Of a stretch of 13,440 bases of DNA, positions 1 to 7,146 are shown piece by piece. The notes below the pieces were generated by a model. It worked only from the letters and a program-made list of their open reading frames with translations. It searched no databases and was not told where the DNA came from. Position 1 is the first letter of the stretch. Every line of letters begins with the position of its first letter. The DNA comes from a virus: the UHGV virus genome UHGV-1946153. The stretch is one strand, 5' to 3'. The position numbers were made by a program, and so were the translations under genes.

Positions 1-1143
1 CTATGCTGTTTTGATATCTACGATAATCCAGTCTTTACCACGATCATCATTGTATCGGTCGGTCATTTTTCTGGATTTATGACCTAACAACTTTTGCGTA
101 TCCAGACCCTGTTCCCGATATAACCGTTCTGACAGAGATCGCTGCTCATGAAATGTGGGCGCAGTTCCTGGCTCCCATTTTATGCCACATTTTTCCCTGG
201 CCTTTTTAAAAGCCGTTGTAAGAGTATTTGCAGACACCTGGTCTCCTCTGTTTGCTTGAGAGGTAGTGTGACGGTAATGGACCAGATATTTACTAACAAC
301 AGCATCCCTGCACTGAGATATAACTTCACGAAGGGTAATATTCAGAGCATCGCATTTCAGGTTAAGCGGAATAGCAAGTTTTGAACCGGTTTTTTCCTGA
401 GTAATGTGCAACATGTCGTCCCAGATATCAGAGAATTTCAAATTGCAGATATCGCCTAAACGTTGTCCAGTGACAAGAGCAAGTAGCATCCCGCATTTTA
501 AATAGGGCTGCCGTCTGCTTACGCTGTCAAATATTGCCTGCCATTCGGGCAGTGATAATCTTTGGCGGTTTACTCGATTTCGCGGTTGTTTTGTTGCCTG
601 CGCTGGGTTAAATCCTGGCGGAACATGTCCTGCGTGTTGTGCTTCTTTGAAGACGTCGATCAACACCATTCTCACGACTTGCGCCATCCTGTTATGACCT
701 TCAGCCTTTACAGCATCAATTATTTCGGCAATATCAAGTGCGGTAATATCCTTGAGGTGTTGCATTCCACAATGCTCACGGAAAAGACGAATGGGTTTGC
801 CTTTTTGCCGATAGGAGTTGGGTCTTAGTTCATTATGTTGCAGCCTGTCCTCCTGGATAGAAATATATTTATCAAGCCATTCTGTCACCGTAATGTCTGA
901 GCGCCTGCCTTTCATTCTTTCTAGACGCTCATTGACGCTTAATATTTGTCGGGTACGTTGTTCAGCAATAATGGTATTTGCTTCAGTAGCAACTTGTTTT
1001 GCTTCATTCTCATCAGTTCCTAAGCTATGAAAACGACCGGATAGTGGATGTTTGTATTGCCAATATACCTTTCCGGTTCGCTTATCTAATTTGCAATATA
1101 AATTGGGTATAGAGATTTTGTGAGATCGGGGTCTAGCAGCCAT
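1..1143 (-). CDS. int: Tyrosine-type site-specific integrase (lambda Int family), 380 aa
   Basis: Full ORF on the minus strand, stop at 1-3. N-terminus MAARPRSHKISIPNLY...RTGKVYW resembles the lambda Int arm-binding start. C-terminus ...HEQRSLSERLYREQG...LLGHKSRKMTDRYNDDRG matches the lambda Int catalytic tail (HxLRS...LLGH...Y nucleophile). Start overlaps xis by 11 nt. Confidence 0.93.
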   Translation of the reverse strand: MAARPRSHKISIPNLYCKLDKRTGKVYWQYKHPLSGRFHSLGTDENEAKQVATEANTIIAEQRTRQILSVNERLERMKGRRSDITVTEWLDKYISIQEDRLQHNELRPNSYRQKGKPIRLFREHCGMQHLKDITALDIAEIIDAVKAEGHNRMAQVVRMVLIDVFKEAQHAGHVPPGFNPAQATKQPRNRVNRQRLSLPEWQAIFDSVSRRQPYLKCGMLLALVTGQRLGDICNLKFSDIWDDMLHITQEKTGSKLAIPLNLKCDALNITLREVISQCRDAVVSKYLVHYRHTTSQANRGDQVSANTLTTAFKKAREKCGIKWEPGTAPTFHEQRSLSERLYREQGLDTQKLLGHKSRKMTDRYNDDRGKDWIIVDIKTA

Positions 1144-1369
1144 CAGCGATTATCCGTTGGAGTTTTGGGTTTGCGTTTATTGGGAGTTGCGGTTCTGCAA
1201 GCGTTCCTACAAAACGGGAATTTCGGTCAATCATCCAGTAGCGACCAACTTTTATAGCGGGTGGGGCCATCATTTTCCCTTGCGCGTATTTTTTCAGAAC
1301 TCGCTCACTTGGTGCTAAGTCCCCAAATTCTTCTTTAGCCCAGTCCTGTAAAGTGATTAGTCGAGACAT
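1133..1369 (-). CDS. xis: Excisionase (Xis-like), 78 aa
   Basis: Small ORF immediately upstream of and overlapping int. RBS AGAGGAGG lies 4 nt before the ATG at 1367-1369. Motif LITLQDWA...PPAIKVGRYW resembles lambda Xis (LTLQEW...PPPVKDGR). Confidence 0.8.
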   Translation of the reverse strand: MSRLITLQDWAKEEFGDLAPSERVLKKYAQGKMMAPPAIKVGRYWMIDRNSRFVGTLAEPQLPINANPKLQRIIADGC

Positions 1370-1508
1370 TTGTCCTCCTCTTAGCTGCTGAGGGAGTTTG
1401 TGACCGATATATCTGACATGATATTAAGCTCATGGCAGGTACATCTCTTGACTGGTCATAGAGATAAATTTAATGCTGAGAAATGCAGTATTGAATTTAT
1501 CAATTTTT

Positions 1509-1748
1509 CTATTTCCTGCGTATGGCACGTAACTTCTTAATGTGTTCTGCTGTTTCGATCTCTTCAGCTATCCGATCTGCGTCAGCTTTATTCACAGGTT
1601 CAAAGTCATGATTAAAGCGGAACATGCTGGCGATACATGTTCTGCCTTTTCGGATGTAGTGAACTTTGTTGTGAGTGGAACGCAGGATTTTGCAGGGAGT
1701 GCCGTGGTGGTCGACGTACCAGGTGTTAGGGTAAATCACTCTGAACAT
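1509..1748 (-). CDS. Hypothetical small protein, 79 aa
   Basis: Intact ORF in the leftward operon with ATG at 1746-1748 and a weak AAGG RBS. No family recognised from the sequence. Confidence 0.55.
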   Translation of the reverse strand: MFRVIYPNTWYVDHHGTPCKILRSTHNKVHYIRKGRTCIASMFRFNHDFEPVNKADADRIAEEIETAEHIKKLRAIRRK

Positions 1749-1773
1749 TCTTGACCTTGTGTTGTGCGGATTG

Positions 1774-2058
1774 TTATTCAGTGCCGATATTTACCTTTAT
1801 CGCGTATACCTTTACCGGTTTATCACCGAAGTGCGGATGTGTGATTGTCTTCACTTCATATCCGTCATACGGAACATCAACTCTGCGGCTGGAATCGTCG
1901 CGCTTCGGATATCCCTTTGTGATAATCAGGCGGTCATGCTTACGGTTAACGAGGCGCTTTTTCCAGTAGTCATTACACAGGCGATACTCTTCCGTTTTCT
2001 CTCCGCGAATCATGGCATCGAAGTATTCACCTTTAACGGCAAGTTGCAGGTTAGCCAC
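1774..2058 (-). CDS. ASCH/PUA-like domain protein, about 94 aa
   Basis: GTG start at 2056-2058 preceded by AAGGAG with a 6-nt spacer; the longer track ORF (to 2142) lacks an RBS. N-terminal motif FDAMIRGEKTEEYR fits the ASCH-domain signature (I/M-x-G-x-K-T-x-E-x-R). Confidence 0.6.
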   Translation of the reverse strand: MANLQLAVKGEYFDAMIRGEKTEEYRLCNDYWKKRLVNRKHDRLIITKGYPKRDDSSRRVDVPYDGYEVKTITHPHFGDKPVKVYAIKVNIGTE

Positions 2059-2674
2059 GGTTAACTCCTTGCTGTGTGGCGTCGAGTAATAAATCCCACA
2101 ACCGCTGAGAGCAATTTCCGCATGTACAGCGTTGACCCACAACGTTTATCGCGTTGCTGATTTCCGGCGTTACCTGTTTAGGAACCATAACCCAACCATC
2201 CGGAGTTACCGGAGAGTTGCCAAACAGCTTGTTCAACTTGTAAGTCTGGCTTACAGGTTTGACACCGTGAAGCATGGTGGCGCGGCAAGCATCCTCTACG
2301 CCTTTAACTGCATCTGCGCAGTAGTTATAGCGATTGCATTCCACTAACTTCTGCTTGAGATTTTCAATTGCCTGCGCGACATCAGCCTGTATTACCGGCG
2401 CTGGCGGTGCCATGTAAAGCGGAGTGACGTGTACGACAGAACCAAGTGTCTCATGTATCCGAACCCATGTATCTTTCTCTGCACAGTCACGGTAAATAGT
2501 AGAGGCTGAGTCCTGACCGTCTTTTGTGATTGTGACCTGCCATGCCACCGGTTCAGCTTCCAGCGAGGCTAACGCTATTTCATAAGCCCGGCGCTCAATA
2601 TTGTCTCGCACATCCAGGCTGCCTATGCGCTCTTTGATTTCTTTAATCATTTCTTTGTCGGTAAAAGTGCTCAT
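2051..2674 (-). CDS. Hypothetical protein, 207 aa, with shared N-terminal IALASLEAEPVAW module and Cys-rich C-terminus
   Basis: ATG at 2672-2674 preceded by AAGGAG (rc of 2681-2686). The motif YEIALASLEAEPVAW is shared with the adjacent upstream gene. C-terminal CTCGNCSQRLW may bind metal. Confidence 0.65.
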   Translation of the reverse strand: MSTFTDKEMIKEIKERIGSLDVRDNIERRAYEIALASLEAEPVAWQVTITKDGQDSASTIYRDCAEKDTWVRIHETLGSVVHVTPLYMAPPAPVIQADVAQAIENLKQKLVECNRYNYCADAVKGVEDACRATMLHGVKPVSQTYKLNKLFGNSPVTPDGWVMVPKQVTPEISNAINVVGQRCTCGNCSQRLWDLLLDATQQGVNRG

Positions 2675-2675
2675 A

Positions 2676-3122
2676 TCAATCTCCTTTGGTACCAATGTTT
2701 ACAGCCTGGCAAGCCTCTTTGAGTACCCAATCAACAGCGTCTTTCCATGCTCCGGTTTCGACTGGCGGATTTTCACGTTTAACCTGTTCATAGAAACGCA
2801 CGGCTTTAACCAGTCCTTCTGATGTCACCGGGACTGGCGGGGCAGTGAATAAGGCCTGAATCTCATAGCTCGGCCTGTCGTTGCAATCCTCTTTTGTCGG
2901 TACATATTTCCAGTCACCAACCCACGGCTCCCCCTGAGAGTCCGTAACGCCTTTTTTCACGTAGCGATATCGCCACGCTACAGGCTCCGCTTCCAGCGAT
3001 GCCAGCGCAATCCGTGCCAGCTCTTCCGCTTCTTCTGCTGGCAGTACAACGTTGCTACCAGGTCCGTATGTTTCGCGCCACTCCTTGATTGTCAGCAGTC
3101 GCTCTTTGGTAATAGTGGTCAT
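2676..3122 (-). CDS. Hypothetical protein, 148 aa, with shared N-terminal IALASLEAEPVAW module
   Basis: ATG at 3120-3122 preceded by AAAGGAGAG. Its stop is 1 nt from the next start. Contains ARIALASLEAEPVAW, paralogous to the neighbouring gene. Confidence 0.65.
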   Translation of the reverse strand: MTTITKERLLTIKEWRETYGPGSNVVLPAEEAEELARIALASLEAEPVAWRYRYVKKGVTDSQGEPWVGDWKYVPTKEDCNDRPSYEIQALFTAPPVPVTSEGLVKAVRFYEQVKRENPPVETGAWKDAVDWVLKEACQAVNIGTKGD

Positions 3123-3123
3123 C

Positions 3124-3735
3124 TCACTCTCCTTTGATGCGAATACCAGCGGCGCGTGGCACATTAACTTCCACGATGCGCACTGTTGGTTTGTACATCT
3201 CAATCGCTGTCAGCCAGTCAGCTCCTGTCATGCGCTTTTCCGCATCGCCATTAGTCCACTGAACCGGTACACCAATAGCCTTCATCGCGATTTCTATTTC
3301 CCCGGCAATGGCGCTTTTTCCGCAACCAGTAAAACCAGATACAACGACCAGAACTTCACCTTTGGCTGGTTTTATTTCCCGTGCTTCCAGTTCTGCAATG
3401 CGCTTACTTCCATCCGAGATAACGCNNNNNNNNNNNNNNNNNTGCTCGTTGAGTTTTGATTTTGCCAACTCCAGTTGTTTTGTTAGTTCTGCAATACGAC
3501 AAACATCGTTGATACGCGTTTCCTCTAATGCGTTGCTCTCATCCAGTAGCGCCAGCACGGTTTCTGGTCCGGCCAGAAATTTGAAGGCGTTGAGGGCATC
3601 AATATCAACACCGCTATCTTTAAGTTCCTGTTCGCTTATCAGATCATCATCAACTGGCAACATTAACAGGCGTTCCATTGCTGGAGTTGCACGTTCTGCC
3701 GCCTCACGTAGTGCCTGGTAATTAATTTCGCTCAC
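3124..3735 (-). CDS. Hypothetical protein, about 203 aa, possibly Ead/Ea22-like; interrupted by an N-run
   Basis: GTG start at 3733-3735 with AAGGAGG 7 nt upstream, overlapping the upstream stop (GTGA). Acidic helical N-terminal half. C-terminal half contains a Walker-A-like GFTGCGKS. The family name is recalled from memory, not verified. Frame continuity across the 17-N gap is assumed. Confidence 0.6.
   Translation of the reverse strand: MSEINYQALREAAERATPAMERLLMLPVDDDLISEQELKDSGVDIDALNAFKFLAGPETVLALLDESNALEETRINDVCRIAELTKQLELAKSKLNEXXXXXXXVISDGSKRIAELEAREIKPAKGEVLVVVSGFTGCGKSAIAGEIEIAMKAIGVPVQWTNGDAEKRMTGADWLTAIEMYKPTVRIVEVNVPRAAGIRIKGE
3426..3442. other. Assembly gap / masked bases (17 N)
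   Basis: Run of N characters inside the CDS at 3124-3735. Confidence 0.99.
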
Positions 3736-4307
3736 TGGTTGCCTCCTTTGCGAAGCTGGGCAGCAAAGTCAACTAACCACTCAGTCATTTCAACCTTCCC
3801 TACCAGGTCTGAACCAGGGTGCATACAGCAATCACTCTGCGCCGCTTTGAAATCCTTATACTCATATTCTTGGACCACCAGATTTTTTGCAGCTTCTATA
3901 GCAGCATCCACCCCCTGCGCCCGCACTTCAGACAGGAAAGCATCAGTGGCTGGAATGGGCTTTTGTGGTGATATAGCAATGCGAATTGTCTCAAGGTCTG
4001 GATCTGTTTCCGCTGCTGGCACCTTGATATAACCCATCTGCACCCCATTCATGATGAACCTGCGACGGTCATCACATATCGCCTTTAGCCCCGCACTCTC
4101 CGCTGCCAGCGCCGCGCACTTGGCCTCAAGGTTATCAATCGTGATTCCAGCAGAACGACACTCCCGCAACGCCGTTTCCAGTTTTGATTCAAGCTCACCG
4201 AACTTACGCACCAGATATTCAGCGTTTGTTTCGTTAACCTTTAAATCTCGTGGGATGCATTTACCTTTCAGAAATCCATCCATCTCAATTAGTGACATTT
4301 GTTTCAT
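3732..4307 (-). CDS. Hypothetical protein, about 191 aa
   Basis: The track ORF begins at GTG 4325, but the ATG at 4305-4307 overlaps the stop of the upstream 54-aa ORF (ATGA coupling) and is taken as the start. Acidic protein with no recognised domain. Confidence 0.6.
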   Translation of the reverse strand: MKQMSLIEMDGFLKGKCIPRDLKVNETNAEYLVRKFGELESKLETALRECRSAGITIDNLEAKCAALAAESAGLKAICDDRRRFIMNGVQMGYIKVPAAETDPDLETIRIAISPQKPIPATDAFLSEVRAQGVDAAIEAAKNLVVQEYEYKDFKAAQSDCCMHPGSDLVGKVEMTEWLVDFAAQLRKGGNQ

Positions 4308-4468
4308 TTCTTCCCACTCCGCCACATCGCATTCAGATATTTGTTTTGATTTACTGAAGGAAAAGAATTTCTCTTAAGCAATTCCTCTCTCGATGGCATT
4401 GGCTTTACTCGTTGGCGAATAATCATTTCTGCCGGAAGAATGCCGGGATTGTATGCAAGTCCTCTCAT
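4304..4468 (-). CDS. Small hypothetical protein, 54 aa (not in the ORF track)
   Basis: Hand-translated: [63 protein letters not shown] 5 nt upstream. ATGA overlaps at both ends (4465-4468 and 4304-4307) fill the gap between flanking genes exactly. Confidence 0.4.
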   Translation of the reverse strand: MRGLAYNPGILPAEMIIRQRVKPMPSREELLKRNSFPSVNQNKYLNAMWRSGKK

Positions 4469-4746
4469 GATTTACTCTCCACTAACTGGTCAATAGCCAT
4501 GCTAAGTGACATACCTAAAGTTTCGATATGCTGCTGAATATCCTGTAGCGTCTGCGCCTGAGATAACAGGATTTCACGGTTGCATAACTCTTTAACCAGA
4601 TGCTCAAACTTGCTGTAATAACCGATACGACTTAGTGTTTCTTTCCCTGCATTCTCGCCTTCTTTGATAATTCCTCTTTCACTAAGAATCAGGTCGTGTT
4701 TGGTTCCGGTAATAACGTATTTTCCGAGGTCGATGTTTAGCTTCAT
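4465..4746 (-). CDS. Hypothetical protein, 93 aa
   Basis: Intact ORF with ATG at 4744-4746 and GGAG 9 nt upstream. Confidence 0.6.
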   Translation of the reverse strand: MKLNIDLGKYVITGTKHDLILSERGIIKEGENAGKETLSRIGYYSKFEHLVKELCNREILLSQAQTLQDIQQHIETLGMSLSMAIDQLVESKS

Positions 4747-4762
4747 TGTTAATTACTCCATG

Positions 4763-5077
4763 TTAATTTATTCGTATGCCTGCTCTTTCTTCATCGAGTT
4801 TTTTTAGCTTGTATCGCATAGCTCTTACTGAATAAATTGAGCGGCAGGTTGCAATTGCTATTTCTTCTGCGGAGAACTTACCGAAAAGTGATACTTCGGC
4901 TCTTGTCCAGCGTCTTCCACGAAGTCGGCTAACAATGTCAGCGCCAATCCTTGTTGCTTTTGCCATTACTGCTTTTTCAGTCCTTTCCAGTTTTTCAGCG
5001 ATAACTTGAACTGGCATTGTCGCCGCTACTTCGCGCAAGAAATCGACTTCCCATTTCTCCCATGGAGTCTTTTTCAT
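4763..5077 (-). CDS. Hypothetical protein, 104 aa, with internal tandem repeat (possible DNA-binding)
   Basis: ATG at 5075-5077. Two similar segments (WEKWEVDFLREVA...VIAEKLERTEKAV and WTRAEVSLFGKFSAEEIAIATCRSIYSVRAM) suggest a duplicated helix-turn-helix-like unit; this is inference. Confidence 0.6.
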   Translation of the reverse strand: MKKTPWEKWEVDFLREVAATMPVQVIAEKLERTEKAVMAKATRIGADIVSRLRGRRWTRAEVSLFGKFSAEEIAIATCRSIYSVRAMRYKLKKLDEERAGIRIN

Positions 5078-5088
5078 AGTCGATACCG

Positions 5089-5571
5089 TTATTTGATAAG
5101 AAGTGAAGGTTTCCCAACCTTGAGTTGAGCGCCGGGGATATTTATTCCTGCTTTTAGTTGGTGCTTGATTGCCAACTTGTCGGCTTTAATTGTCGTTTCG
5201 AACTCAACGTATTCAGGAGGAAGGGCGCTTGAGTCGATGATTTCTACAGTTTCTGACGGTTTGCGGATTGTTACCTGGTGAATACCTGCTCTAATCTTTT
5301 TCTTGCCAACCATTTCAAGCGATGACGCTATATATGATTTGATGCTGTCAATCTTATTTTGAATTACTGCGGCTCGCTCATTCAGCGACTTTGCCTCTTC
5401 CTTGAGGCGTTCAGCATAACCAGATTCATTTTTAATGACGGAAAGAAGTTGCTCTATTTTATCGGTAAATTCTCCTTCCATGCCTTCTATTGTGTCAGCA
5501 ATCATCTCTGGTTCTAAATCTGAATCCATCAATTTTGCGTATTCATTGGCAATTTCATACAGTTTGCTCAC
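5089..5571 (-). CDS. Siphovirus Gp157-like protein (recombination-module accessory), about 160 aa
   Basis: GTG start at 5569-5571 with GGAGG and a 6-nt spacer; the track ORF starts at TTG 5577. Acidic helical N-terminus then ...GKKKIRAGIHQVTIRKPSETVEIID...LPPEYV...GAQLK resembles the Gp157 family as recalled. Lies immediately downstream of recT. Confidence 0.65.
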   Translation of the reverse strand: MSKLYEIANEYAKLMDSDLEPEMIADTIEGMEGEFTDKIEQLLSVIKNESGYAERLKEEAKSLNERAAVIQNKIDSIKSYIASSLEMVGKKKIRAGIHQVTIRKPSETVEIIDSSALPPEYVEFETTIKADKLAIKHQLKAGINIPGAQLKVGKPSLLIK

Positions 5572-6457
5572 TGGCAACCTCCAGTTTCGCTTTGCATTCT
5601 GCGTAAATGGCTTGTACGTTCTGCTGCAATTTCATTCCAGATGTCAGGCGATATGCTTCTGCAAAATATCGCTTCAAATCATCCATGTTTTCTGCCTGAG
5701 CCATTTCATCGCAAAGAAGTTGTGCTTTATCCATTATTTCCTGCTGGCGTTTCCGTTCATCTTCGCGGATATCTTCCTCTGATTTGTGCGGCATAACTGG
5801 TTCCTGATGCATACCTTCATCTTCGTTAAGAAGGTGAATGGCATTATCCAGTCGCTGGGCTTTAGGCCAGTATTTGCTGGCGCGTTTAACTATTGTTTTA
5901 CGCGCCATCTCTTCCCAGAATGTTTTCCACGGTCCATTCTTTGCCTTGCTCGTTGCTTCCACAGCTTTAATTTCTGCCAGACTCATTTCTTCAGTCAGGT
6001 AGTCACCATCTGCTGTTTTAACCGTGCAATAACCTCCAACAATAGAGCCTCGCTCACCAAATGCGTTGTATTTGTGGGTTGGTGCTGAATCAAGGCCATT
6101 TGATTCATAGGTGTCGTTTGAGTACACCAGTTTGCATTGCCCCCACTTAATTGATCCTGTCGATTGCGCAAGATGAAGTAATCCCATGTAACTGATATCA
6201 AGGCACACCATGCCGTCGCGAGGAACCAGATAAGCCAGTTTGCTGGCCGGGTTTAAGGTGATGCCGATCGCCGCAACATTGATGATGGCGTTCTGTGCGC
6301 TGGTTGGATTTGCCAGTGCTGTTTTAGCCAGGTAATCGTTTTTCTGGAAATACTGAATTGCAAACTGGCTTTCCTTAGCCCATGTCACCGTCTGTTCAGT
6401 CAATGCTCCGCAGAATAACTGCTCCTGCTGTTTAACGAATTCAACGATATTGCTCAT
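5555..6457 (-). CDS. recT: RecT-family single-strand annealing recombinase, 300 aa
   Basis: Motif GPWKTFWEEMARKTIVKRASKYWP matches the RecT signature of the Rac prophage protein (GPW...HWEEMAKKT...R..KYLP). RBS GGAG 7 nt before the ATG at 6455-6457; ATGA overlap with the upstream gene. Confidence 0.9.
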   Translation of the reverse strand: MSNIVEFVKQQEQLFCGALTEQTVTWAKESQFAIQYFQKNDYLAKTALANPTSAQNAIINVAAIGITLNPASKLAYLVPRDGMVCLDISYMGLLHLAQSTGSIKWGQCKLVYSNDTYESNGLDSAPTHKYNAFGERGSIVGGYCTVKTADGDYLTEEMSLAEIKAVEATSKAKNGPWKTFWEEMARKTIVKRASKYWPKAQRLDNAIHLLNEDEGMHQEPVMPHKSEEDIREDERKRQQEIMDKAQLLCDEMAQAENMDDLKRYFAEAYRLTSGMKLQQNVQAIYAECKAKLEVASEQTV

Positions 6458-6765
6458 GCAGCTTCTCCAAAAATGTGTCTGCGTTTGAATATTGCGAAGG
6501 CATATTCAGCCTTAACTCTTTCGGTTATTGCATCCCAGAACCATTCAGCGGCTTTTTCCTGATAGTTACAGTCATCATCTTCCAGCCAGTCGATAGCGTC
6601 CTTAGTGTGTTCATCTGGTTTATATGAGCGAAGCATTTCGCTTATTGGGTCGCAACGTTTGCAGAGACGATCAACTTCACTGTTGATTCGTTCGTAATCT
6701 TCATCAGTAAAACTTGCGATTATTTGCGATATTTCACGCTTATCATTCAGAGTCAGAATCATCAT
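6454..6765 (-). CDS. Hypothetical protein, 103 aa
   Basis: ATGATG start at 6760-6765 with CAGGAG upstream. Acidic, Trp-rich. Sits where lambdoid phages place host-nuclease inhibitors, but no similarity was recognised. Confidence 0.6.
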   Translation of the reverse strand: MMILTLNDKREISQIIASFTDEDYERINSEVDRLCKRCDPISEMLRSYKPDEHTKDAIDWLEDDDCNYQEKAAEWFWDAITERVKAEYAFAIFKRRHIFGEAA

Positions 6766-6850
6766 CTTTCTCCTGTTCTTTGTGCTGATTGAGCATTTTG
6801 TTCATCTGACGAATGAATTCTTCGTCTGACCAGTTATCTGTAAAACTCAT
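6743..6850 (-). CDS. Possible small ORF, 35 aa (not in the ORF track)
   Basis: Hand-translated: MSFTDNWSDEEFIRQMNKMLNQHKEQEKDDDSDSE. Its start overlaps the stop of the upstream 50-aa ORF (ATGA at 6847-6850). Weak RBS and it overlaps the next gene by about 23 nt. Confidence 0.2.
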   Translation of the reverse strand: MSFTDNWSDEEFIRQMNKMLNQHKEQEKDDDSDSE

Positions 6851-6999
6851 TTCCTGCGATACCACGGAAGGTTGATAGCTGATTTCATCGCTTTATTTGC
6901 TTCAAACCACATTTTTGAATCACCAATAAATCTGGCTATTACTGCTTTGTTCTGTGCAGCACGAAGCATCTGGTGATTAATGGCTATTTCATTGCGCAT
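6847..6999 (-). CDS. Small protein, 50 aa, possibly Kil-like (not in the ORF track)
   Basis: Hand-translated: MRNEIAINHQMLRAAQNKAVIARFIGDSKMWFEANKAMKSAINLPWYRRK. RBS GAGG 7 nt upstream. It sits just upstream of the recombination genes, like lambda kil, and the FIGDxKM segment resembles lambda Kil as recalled from memory. Confidence 0.4.
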   Translation of the reverse strand: MRNEIAINHQMLRAAQNKAVIARFIGDSKMWFEANKAMKSAINLPWYRRK

Positions 7000-7038
7000 A
7001 ATAAGACCTCAACTCTTTTCCATCCGTCACGTAATTTA

Positions 7039-7048
7039 NNNNNNNNNN
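7039..7048. other. Assembly gap / masked bases (10 N)
   Basis: Run of N characters in the intergenic region. Confidence 0.99.
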
Positions 7049-7146
7049 GTGATTCGTTCAAGTAAAGATTCATTTAATTGGAAGGCACCCATGCGAGCGC
7101 CTCCCGCGATTGCGTAAATCATGGGTGGTTCCTTATGTTGGTTTTA

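Noticed and set aside
1-60. Looked for the attachment site (attL/attP core) next to int
   Set aside because: The window begins at the int stop codon, so the att site is not present in the sequence provided.
148-1030. Plus-strand ORFs inside int (148..384, 562..828, 818..1030)
   Set aside because: They are antisense to the well-supported integrase CDS and have no RBS or recognisable protein features.
1370-1508. Intergenic region between xis and the 79-aa gene, examined for a promoter or terminator
   Set aside because: No convincing hairpin with a T-tract or consensus promoter was found by eye.
2059-3203. Longer upstream-extended forms of three minus-strand ORFs (track ends at 2142, 2695 and 3203)
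   Set aside because: Each extension lacks an RBS and overlaps the upstream gene. The internal starts at 2058, 2674 and 3122 have strong Shine-Dalgarno motifs with proper spacing.
3052-4377. Plus-strand ORFs 3052..3459, 3308..3721, 3739..4032 and 4051..4377
   Set aside because: They are antisense to the tightly packed minus-strand operon, have low-complexity Ser/Ala-rich translations and no RBS.
5435-6201. ORFs 5435..5782 (+), 5786..6088 (+) and 5995..6201 (-) within or overlapping recT and the Gp157-like gene
   Set aside because: They are antisense or out-of-frame overlaps of strongly supported genes.
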